Shown here: positions 57,072 to 64,000 of the stretch, piece after piece | How positions within the stretch are numbered: the first letter of the stretch is position 1 | How the letters are laid out: each line of letters starts with the position of its first letter | Virus record (IMG/VR): IMGVR_UViG_3300027816_000069 | Location: 1-64,000 of that record | Origin: a virus | Strand: one strand, 5' to 3' | Length of the DNA: 64,000 bases | Translations under genes and position numbers: made by a program | The notes under the pieces: generated by a model | The model's database searches: none | Seen by the model: the letters and a program-made list of their open reading frames with translations, nothing else | What the model was told of the DNA's origin: nothing

Positions 57072-57278
57072 ACACTCAAACTACTAAATAAAATTGAAAA
57101 TGTTTTTAATTGGATTACTTACTGGCTGTTATATAACCGTGAGTTTATTTACTTTTTTATATGTAACATCTAACTGTATACTGGCAGGACGAGGCACTGA
57201 TTTGTTGTGGCGACCTTTTATTTATGGTCTATTATGGCCCATATTTCTGTTATTATTTTTTTTATTAAAAGGAAAGAA

Positions 57279-57515
57279 ATGAAAGTTTATATTGTTATTG
57301 GTACAAGAGAAAATGTTTATCAGGATGAAATTGGTGGGCCTTTTGTATCTCATCCAGATAAAGAAATTGTAAGAGTATTTTTAAATGATGATAATGCAAG
57401 AAAGTTTGTGGCCGATAATAAATTATCTAAAGGTAAAAGAGAACGCTATGGTGATACTTCATACTATCGTAATGGATATTATGATCTTGAAGTTGAAGGT
57501 TGGGAAGTAGAATAA
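57279..57515 (+). CDS. hypothetical protein
   Basis: AAGGA RBS, MKVYIVIG. Confidence 0.6.
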   Translation: MKVYIVIGTRENVYQDEIGGPFVSHPDKEIVRVFLNDDNARKFVADNKLSKGKRERYGDTSYYRNGYYDLEVEGWEVE

Positions 57516-57517
57516 CT

Positions 57518-57721
57518 ATGGATTCAAAACCAGCACAATATTATCTTGATAAAGATAAACTGATTGATATTCAGATTGAAAATTGGAGTAATGGCAACAT
57601 AGTTGTTAGTATTTATAATGATCGAAATGATAATTGTGTGACCTATATTTGTAATAAAAAAGAACTAAAAGGTTTGGCCGATTTTATTAACAACTATTTG
57701 GAGAAAAATATGGAGAAGTAA
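57518..57721 (+). CDS. hypothetical protein (ELKGLADFI family)
   Basis: Paralog of 54826 and 58782. Confidence 0.6.
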   Translation: MDSKPAQYYLDKDKLIDIQIENWSNGNIVVSIYNDRNDNCVTYICNKKELKGLADFINNYLEKNMEK

Positions 57722-57873
57722 AATGAATGAACTATACGATTATCTGATCTTATTAACCAAAACAGAAAATTGTCCTATTCAATCTGTTCATTACATTTTT
57801 CAATTTGGACCATTTGGCGAAAACTTTATGCTAATTACTATGAAAAGTGGCGAAGAAATTAAGTGTGATTTTT

Positions 57874-58137
57874 ATGAATAAAGAAGATATTGACGATATT
57901 AAAACTGTATTAAATGAACAACTTGCTCTTATTCAAAGGCTTGGTAAGATGCCTATGTCTAGTTTGGTTAATCAGACTATTTATAATGAGATTCTAGACT
58001 GTAACAAGGTAATGATGGAGATAGTTTGTGGCCCGATTGGCGGAATTGAGAAATTAGTGGAAAGAACAAACGAAATGAAATTTACATACGTTGATGGAAA
58101 TAGAATAAAGCCAATACCTTACGATTTTGATGAATAA
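57874..58137 (+). CDS. hypothetical protein
   Basis: MNKEDIDDIK. Confidence 0.55.
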   Translation: MNKEDIDDIKTVLNEQLALIQRLGKMPMSSLVNQTIYNEILDCNKVMMEIVCGPIGGIEKLVERTNEMKFTYVDGNRIKPIPYDFDE

Positions 58138-58443
58138 TAATTCCAACGAAGAGACAAACTAACTAGAGAATATCCAGAATTGTACGATCAATGAGTCATC
58201 AAAACTAGTGGATATTAAAAAAGGAACCACACCAATGTTAGCACCTATTGCAAAAGTGAATAAGATTTTTTCTTTGAATTACAAAGACCAAGTTTTTGAT
58301 GTAATGTACAGAACGGGAAAACTTATAGATGGTGGTGAACGTAAATTTACAAAGATAACCCTAAACAGAATGCCTTTTCCGTCTATTTATAAAGATGGTC
58401 ATCTTGATGAAAAAGAAATAACACTAGTTTGTGAGGAGTTTAA

Positions 58444-58785
58444 ATGAATCTTTTAAGTGAAACAATTGATGTTCTTAATAATAGTGGTAAAACCCGATCT
58501 GACGTTAGATGGATCGGTTCTACTCATTATGGTTATTTTGATTGGGAGCATTTTGTTAAAATTGCTAATGTTGAATATGATGATGATGGTTATGGAGCAG
58601 CAAAAGTTGCTAGTCATTTGGTTATTGTTGGAGATGATTGGTGGCTTGAAAGACAAGAATATGATGGTAGTGAATGGTGGAGTTATAAAAGTTTACCAAC
58701 GAAACCACTAAATAAAATAGAACCAAATCGAGTTACTTATGGATATGATAGAACTCTTAGAGAGATGAACGAAAAACGAGAATGA
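58444..58785 (+). CDS. phage hypothetical protein
   Basis: GAGGAG RBS; WWLERQEYDGSEWW motif. Confidence 0.75.
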   Translation: MNLLSETIDVLNNSGKTRSDVRWIGSTHYGYFDWEHFVKIANVEYDDDGYGAAKVASHLVIVGDDWWLERQEYDGSEWWSYKSLPTKPLNKIEPNRVTYGYDRTLREMNEKRE

Positions 58786-58964
58786 AAGAACACCAAAAAT
58801 ATACTGGTCAACATTTTATATTTCATCTGATGAAAGACGATAATCTGACCACAATATCTCTTAGTAGTAATTATGTTAATGCTCCTGCGGATAAATTTGA
58901 ACTAAAGGAGTTGGCAGATTTTATCTATGCCTCATTAGAAAATGACCAGAATCAGAGTAATTGA
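58782..58964 (+). CDS. hypothetical protein (ELKELADFI family)
   Basis: ATGA coupling. Confidence 0.6.
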   Translation: MKEHQKYTGQHFIFHLMKDDNLTTISLSSNYVNAPADKFELKELADFIYASLENDQNQSN

Positions 58965-59130
58965 ACTAGAGTATGATCTAATAGAAATTCATTATAATCC
59001 TATTCTAAAAAACAATCCTTATTTAGTGAGAATTTTTAGTTATAATAGTGACGAGCCGCAGGAAATTAGGATAGGCCAAAAACAATTCGGTGATCTATAC
59101 AAGTTTCTCAAGGAGAATAAATACATATGA
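58942..59130 (+). CDS. hypothetical protein
   Basis: Tandem array. Confidence 0.55.
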   Translation: MTRIRVIELEYDLIEIHYNPILKNNPYLVRIFSYNSDEPQEIRIGQKQFGDLYKFLKENKYI

Positions 59131-59354
59131 ATCTTATTCAGTGTTTTAGTAGTGTTGTTGGTCATAAAGAGGCTCAAGAACTTATAACCGATCTTAATCA
59201 AATGAAGTCGTCAAAGTCTGAAGATTTTTACATTAAATATGATGAATATCAAGATTATTCTACTGACGACAATTATTTAGTGATAGGGAATGTTACAAAA
59301 GAAGATTGGGATGAACTTGATTTGGAGAGTGATTTTATTGAAGGATTTGTTTAA
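59127..59354 (+). CDS. acidic hypothetical protein
   Basis: AAGGAG RBS. Confidence 0.6.
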   Translation: MNLIQCFSSVVGHKEAQELITDLNQMKSSKSEDFYIKYDEYQDYSTDDNYLVIGNVTKEDWDELDLESDFIEGFV

Positions 59355-59414
59355 TGATTGATTTTATTCTAAATGAGTCAAAATAGGTCAGACTAACCCT
59401 TTTACGGAGATTTT

Positions 59415-59663
59415 ATGAAGAAATTGATTTTTTTGCTGTGTTTGATTTTTATCGGTTGTGATTCGCCCACTACATCTAACTCTCAGATTGATAAGATTCT
59501 GAGGGCTAAGAGTATTGTTAAAAGCATGGTTAAACATCCTGATACTTTGGTTTTTAAGGAATTTGAAACCAATGTTGTGGGAGATAATGTTAGTCTTACT
59601 TTTTCTTGTAAGAATGGTTTTGGTGTTCCAGAAACCCATACTGTGAATGTGTTGGTGGATTGA
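59415..59663 (+). CDS. putative lipoprotein
   Basis: MKKLIFLLCLIFIGC signal peptide with lipobox-like end; KNGFG motif. Confidence 0.65.
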   Translation: MKKLIFLLCLIFIGCDSPTTSNSQIDKILRAKSIVKSMVKHPDTLVFKEFETNVVGDNVSLTFSCKNGFGVPETHTVNVLVD

Positions 59664-59749
59664 TTTTTTGTGAACTGAGGTATTGACAACTGCCGATAGA
59701 GTGATATACTACCGTTATGAGTTCTAAGCCTTGGAGATTGGAGACAAAC

Positions 59750-60043
59750 ATGAACGATGTTAATATTCCAGAAAATACTCTGATTAGTTACTACCGTGAC
59801 AAGCATGGTAATCCCCGTGGAGTTTTGGTGGCTGTTAAAAAGGGTCGTCATGGGAATTTTAATGTGGGATATGCTCAGTGCCGTAAGGGCGATAAGTTTA
59901 GCAAAAAGATGGGGCTAAAGATTGCTCTTGGGCGATCTTATTATGAGCATATGGATGCTTTGGATAATATGCCTCATAACTTGCGTAAGATGCTTCCATC
60001 CTTTATTAAGAGATGTGAACGATATTATAAGGTGTTTGTATGA
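59750..60043 (+). CDS. phage protein with GxAxCxxxDxFxKxxGxxIAxxR motif
   Basis: GYAQCRKGDKFSKKMGLKIALGR; GGAG RBS; promoter at 59683. Confidence 0.6.
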   Translation: MNDVNIPENTLISYYRDKHGNPRGVLVAVKKGRHGNFNVGYAQCRKGDKFSKKMGLKIALGRSYYEHMDALDNMPHNLRKMLPSFIKRCERYYKVFV

Positions 60044-60246
60044 AAACTATAGACTATCCTTCTGCTGCTATGGAGTGTGCCAGATATATTTTTGATAGTG
60101 ATTGTGAGCAGATTAGTTATCAAGAATATGTAAGAGATGGAAATGATCCAAGAGAACATATTCTATACTGTGCTGCTGTGGTTCTTGGCGAAACTGATGA
60201 TTTTCAACCCGATATTGACGATTACCTTCATATGGAGAATGATTGA
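60040..60246 (+). CDS. acidic hypothetical protein
   Basis: ATGA coupling. Confidence 0.6.
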   Translation: MKTIDYPSAAMECARYIFDSDCEQISYQEYVRDGNDPREHILYCAAVVLGETDDFQPDIDDYLHMEND

Positions 60247-60434
60247 TGACTAAGGTTTATGATGTTAAGCAATATAATGGTAAGTTTGTTGTGACCAAGA
60301 ACGACGAACCCATTTTGCTGCCTAAAACCGATGGACAGTTTATTGTCACAGAGTTTGATAGTAAAGAAGATGCTGAGAAGTATTTAACTATTCTTGAAAG
60401 TCTTTTAAAGAAGCGAAAGGTTAGTCATGCCTAA
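60243..60434 (+). CDS. hypothetical protein
   Basis: Coupled small ORF. Confidence 0.6.
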   Translation: MMTKVYDVKQYNGKFVVTKNDEPILLPKTDGQFIVTEFDSKEDAEKYLTILESLLKKRKVSHA

Positions 60435-60708
60435 ATTTTTAGTTACTATGAATCTTGTTGAAGCAAAGACCACAACCTTTGTTATTGAAGCAAAGTCTAG
60501 TGATGATGTACATGATGCTTTGGGCGAACTAGAGGCTGATTATTTTGAGGAAAACTGTGAGTGGGTAACGGTAGATTATGAATCTCCCATTATTGAAAGT
60601 GTGGAAGTGACCAACAAGGGTCTTGGAGTTTGTGACGCTAAAGAGAATAAAAAGATTCAGACCAAATTTAATAAGATTATCAAAGAACTAGATAAAACAC
60701 AACAATGA
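60427..60708 (+). CDS. hypothetical protein
   Basis: Coupled ORF. Confidence 0.65.
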   Translation: MPKFLVTMNLVEAKTTTFVIEAKSSDDVHDALGELEADYFEENCEWVTVDYESPIIESVEVTNKGLGVCDAKENKKIQTKFNKIIKELDKTQQ

Positions 60709-61463
60709 TTCGCTCAAGATTACATCGCTGGACTTGTGGCAAAGTTGCTGACTTTATTCGTGGAGAAGAAAAGCCATTTCCTTTAGAGGGGGACGAATGG
60801 GATGATTGGCATAAGAATGCTAGGAAAAATCGTCCATTTAGATACTGGCTTGCAGAAAAGGGTTTAAAGAAACTGCAAAATATTTGCTACTTTCCATATG
60901 ATGTTTATCGTACAGTCTGGATTTATGTTCGTAACAGATGGATAGATCAAACTCATAAGATAGATACTGGATTAAAACCCGGTGGCTATTATGAATTTGA
61001 TACTAAACTATTGCATGGTCTTTTTAATGAATTGTGTGACTATGTTGAAGTAGAATTGGCCCACCTTAATTCTTATGACAATACAGCACAATATGTCTTT
61101 AAAAAGGGTCGCTGTCCACAAGCAGGACTAGACCATTTAGATTGGGCAGCAGAATTAACTATGGGCGAAAGTTTTAAGTTGGATAATGATGATCCCGACT
61201 ATAATAAGCCCACACCCCAAGCAGAATCGGCCGAAATTATTATAACATTATATTTGTGGTGGAAAAATATTCGACCACTACGATTTGACCCTCACCTATT
61301 ATATGACGCTGTAGATGATAATCAGATTTTTGGCCCAAATATTTTGCCAGCATCCACTAAGGAAATCTTTGACAAAGTTGAGGAAATGGAGCAGCAATAT
61401 AAGGAAGAAGATACGGATATGTTAATCTCTCTGGTTAAAGTTAGAGGCAGCGTATGGAGTTAA
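60705..61463 (+). CDS. phage hypothetical protein
   Basis: 252 aa, Trp-rich. Confidence 0.75.
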   Translation: MIRSRLHRWTCGKVADFIRGEEKPFPLEGDEWDDWHKNARKNRPFRYWLAEKGLKKLQNICYFPYDVYRTVWIYVRNRWIDQTHKIDTGLKPGGYYEFDTKLLHGLFNELCDYVEVELAHLNSYDNTAQYVFKKGRCPQAGLDHLDWAAELTMGESFKLDNDDPDYNKPTPQAESAEIIITLYLWWKNIRPLRFDPHLLYDAVDDNQIFGPNILPASTKEIFDKVEEMEQQYKEEDTDMLISLVKVRGSVWS

Positions 61464-61618
61464 CTATGAAGGACAATTACTCATCTGCATCAGAAGCAGC
61501 ATCAGAAGGATACTCTGAACTAATTTATCACAATAAAAATAAAAACCTTAACCAATCACCCCCTAAAAAACTAAAGTGGTATGATTGGCTTTTACTATTA
61601 GTCTTTAGGAGATAACCA

Positions 61619-61852
61619 ATGTCTAAACAAATTTTTAATAGTTACGACGAAGCCCACAAGTATAGAATGAGTCACCCCATCCAGCAAGATTTGGATAACA
61701 TAAAGAGTATTGCTACGGCAATTAAAGATATGACTATTATGTTTGATCTTAGTTATAGCCAATCAGCAGTAAAGGAATTACTTGCTGATATTGATATGGG
61801 CATGAGAGCAATATTAGAGATTATTAATGGGTCTAGCGGAAAGAATAAATAA
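61619..61852 (+). CDS. hypothetical protein
   Basis: AGGAG RBS; N-terminus shared with 62350. Confidence 0.6.
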   Translation: MSKQIFNSYDEAHKYRMSHPIQQDLDNIKSIATAIKDMTIMFDLSYSQSAVKELLADIDMGMRAILEIINGSSGKNK

Positions 61853-62141
61853 TATGACAACGCAAAATATTCCAAATTGGAAAAAAGGAGACATAGTTGC
61901 TCTGCTACAGAATAGCGATAGAGTTATCCATATTTTTGAAGCAGAACATGATCCTTGGTATGGAAAATCCTTTTTTAGTTCAAAGGAAGATTGGTATTAT
62001 GGTTGCAGAAACTGCGAAGAATTAAGATTAGCCACTATGGAAGATATAGACCACAAAATAAAATACCAAAAAGAAAATGTAGAACGAGAAAAAGCAGTCT
62101 TAGATCAGTTACTTAATTTTAGGGGGCGTTTGTCACAATGA
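61827..62141 (+). CDS. hypothetical protein
   Basis: Tandem array; start may be 61854. Confidence 0.6.
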   Translation: MGLAERINNMTTQNIPNWKKGDIVALLQNSDRVIHIFEAEHDPWYGKSFFSSKEDWYYGCRNCEELRLATMEDIDHKIKYQKENVEREKAVLDQLLNFRGRLSQ

Positions 62142-62353
62142 AAATACAAAATAAAACAGAGATAGACCTATCCGTAGAAGATGTGAAAGTCGCTATTGCC
62201 AAGTATCTTCAAGAGTCGCAAAATCTATCACTAAATAGTGAACTAATTATGCACTTTCATGTAATTAATAAACCAACTCAACACCCAATGTATATTTCTG
62301 ATACATTAGATAAGTTTGTTTTTGATGGTGCTACTGTTATAGCGTCAAAATGA
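62138..62353 (+). CDS. hypothetical protein
   Basis: ATGA coupling. Confidence 0.6.
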   Translation: MKIQNKTEIDLSVEDVKVAIAKYLQESQNLSLNSELIMHFHVINKPTQHPMYISDTLDKFVFDGATVIASK

Positions 62354-62676
62354 ATAAGATTTTTGACAATTATGACGAAGCCCACAAGTATAGTTTAACA
62401 ATACCTTGGAAACTAGAAACTTGTAATGTTGGAGAAGGTTGTTGGTGCAGAATTATTCTGCCGACAGAAAAGATACTTTATAAAAATAAGGTGGGAGATA
62501 CTGAAAGAGTTGATGAACTTGATTATATTATTCCAGATGGAAGCGTAGATAAAGAAACGGCTGAATATATGGTTACTATACATAATCAGTTAATAAACAT
62601 TTATAAGAATCAAAAGAAAAGATTAGAGACACTACAAAAATTGAATGATTTAGATCAAGAACTAGGAATAAAATAA
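62350..62676 (+). CDS. hypothetical protein
   Basis: ATGA coupling. Confidence 0.65.
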   Translation: MNKIFDNYDEAHKYSLTIPWKLETCNVGEGCWCRIILPTEKILYKNKVGDTERVDELDYIIPDGSVDKETAEYMVTIHNQLINIYKNQKKRLETLQKLNDLDQELGIK

Positions 62677-62918
62677 TGAGTTGGCAATATAGAGTAGTTA
62701 AAAAAACAACCAAGATTCCTCTTGGAGAAACTGATATTACTTATGAAATTCATGATGTATATCTTGATGAAAGTCTAGATATTGTGAGTATTGGTAGACT
62801 ATCATTTCCTATGGGTGATGATGTTGAGTCATTACAATGGAGCCTAGAAAGAATGATTGAGGCTTGTAAAAAGCCCGTCATCGACTATAATACTGGAGAA
62901 GAACAAGATCGGAATTAA
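62676..62918 (+). CDS. phage hypothetical protein
   Basis: MSWQYRVV...YEIHDVY. Confidence 0.7.
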   Translation: MSWQYRVVKKTTKIPLGETDITYEIHDVYLDESLDIVSIGRLSFPMGDDVESLQWSLERMIEACKKPVIDYNTGEEQDRN

Positions 62919-63049
62919 CCGACGCCACTGGGTTGATCGCCAGAGGGCAACGTCCTGTGCCTCTAGTTCCCGTATGATCCTGCTATATGCTGGTTCGCTA
63001 GGGTTCTAACGCACGATAATGGGGGCGTTTTCAATACAAAGGAAAAAAT

Positions 63050-63340
63050 ATGGAAAATTTTGATTGGGATGCTTTTGTAGAGGAAAGTAAAAAATATAAA
63101 GCGTGTGCTTGTCTATGGATAGACGAAGAAAATGATAGAATAGAACTATTGTTGGATAGTTCTGCTGCTACTTATAGTCAATGGATACCGGGAGAAGGAG
63201 CAGATATTTGTTTGCTAAGATGCGATAAAAGTAGAAAAGTTATTGGAGTTAATCTTCCATTATATCAAACCGACTTTAGCGTATTTCATACTGATCGTAT
63301 AAGAGTTAAAATAAACGAAGGTTTCTTAAAAGAAGAATAA
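63050..63340 (+). CDS. hypothetical protein
   Basis: AAGGA RBS. Confidence 0.65.
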   Translation: MENFDWDAFVEESKKYKACACLWIDEENDRIELLLDSSAATYSQWIPGEGADICLLRCDKSRKVIGVNLPLYQTDFSVFHTDRIRVKINEGFLKEE

Positions 63341-63342
63341 TT

Positions 63343-63555
63343 ATGATAGTTAACATACCAAAAGAATTAGAGAACCTAAACAGAAATGATATCGACAAAG
63401 TTTGTGAACTAGTAGATAAACTGGTCGATCATATTATGACAACTTATTATTTTACAGAAAAAGATGAGGAGGTTCTAGCCGCCCTAATTACAGACTATAT
63501 GATAGATTTGATTAATCCAGACTTACTAGATTTTGACAAGGAAAAAATAAAATGA
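63343..63555 (+). CDS. acidic hypothetical protein
   Basis: Tandem array. Confidence 0.6.
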   Translation: MIVNIPKELENLNRNDIDKVCELVDKLVDHIMTTYYFTEKDEEVLAALITDYMIDLINPDLLDFDKEKIK

Positions 63556-63974
63556 AAAAAGAAGTTGCTAAAAAGTGGGTTAAGGCTTTGCGTAGCGGAA
63601 AATATAAGCAAGGTAAAGGTTATCTAAAACAATTTAATAGTAAGAATCAACCAAGACATTGTTGTTTGGGTGTTCTTTGTGAGTTGTATAATGATACTAT
63701 GAAGAAAAATCATAAAAAAACATTGTTTGCTGAAGAAATGGAAGATAATGTATCAGGTACAAGTTTTGTTAGATTCGATCTAAAAGATGGGGGTCTACCA
63801 AAAGTGGTGAAAAAATGGGCTGGTATTAATGATGAGACAGGAGAATTTATTTGTAAGGTAAAGTATAAAAATTATGAATATGACGATAGTCAAAATCTGT
63901 CAGTCATGAATGATGATGGTAAAAAGTTTTCAACTATCGCTGATATTATAGAAAAAAATATAGAGAATCTATGA
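63552..63974 (+). CDS. phage hypothetical protein
   Basis: KWVKALRSGKYKQG...CCLGVLCE...IADIIE. Confidence 0.75.
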   Translation: MKKEVAKKWVKALRSGKYKQGKGYLKQFNSKNQPRHCCLGVLCELYNDTMKKNHKKTLFAEEMEDNVSGTSFVRFDLKDGGLPKVVKKWAGINDETGEFICKVKYKNYEYDDSQNLSVMNDDGKKFSTIADIIEKNIENL

Positions 63975-64000
63975 AAGGTCCGTTAATTTACTACGAACTT

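Noticed and set aside
1-64000. Stop-codon recoding
   Set aside because: Long genes are intact in code 11, TAG/TGA/TAA all end genes, and no suppressor tRNA was seen.
1-64000. Integrase, reverse transcriptase/DGR or transposase
   Set aside because: No ORF with recognisable catalytic motifs in this window.

Overview
A 64 kb piece of a large, AT-rich tailed dsDNA phage genome with two divergent halves. Positions 1-36.3 kb (almost all minus strand) are the late/morphogenesis module: a phage sigma-like factor, GDP-mannose 4,6-dehydratase, HNH and ERCC4 nucleases, terminase, portal, protease/scaffold, capsid, neck, tail tube, a ~2500-aa tape measure protein and Cys/Ser/Pro-rich tail proteins. A GT60-like glycosyltransferase lies on the plus strand. 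Positions 36.5-64 kb (plus strand) are an early/host-takeover-like region of small ORFs with more than 25 sigma70-type promoters, 12 tRNAs and one non-canonical tRNA-like gene. Main unexplained structures: (1) a GC-rich array of four integron-type cassettes with attC sites (48.04-49.32 kb). No integrase is visible in the window, and the genes run opposite to the canonical cassette direction, two of them starting inside their attC. (2) Ten copies of a 44-bp double-palindrome element upstream of early promoters. (3) A ~590-nt highly paired, pseudoknotted candidate ncRNA. (4) Six gapless copies of a 47-bp motif. (5) Sigma54-type sites at the start of the early region. All calls come from reading the sequence; no searches were run.
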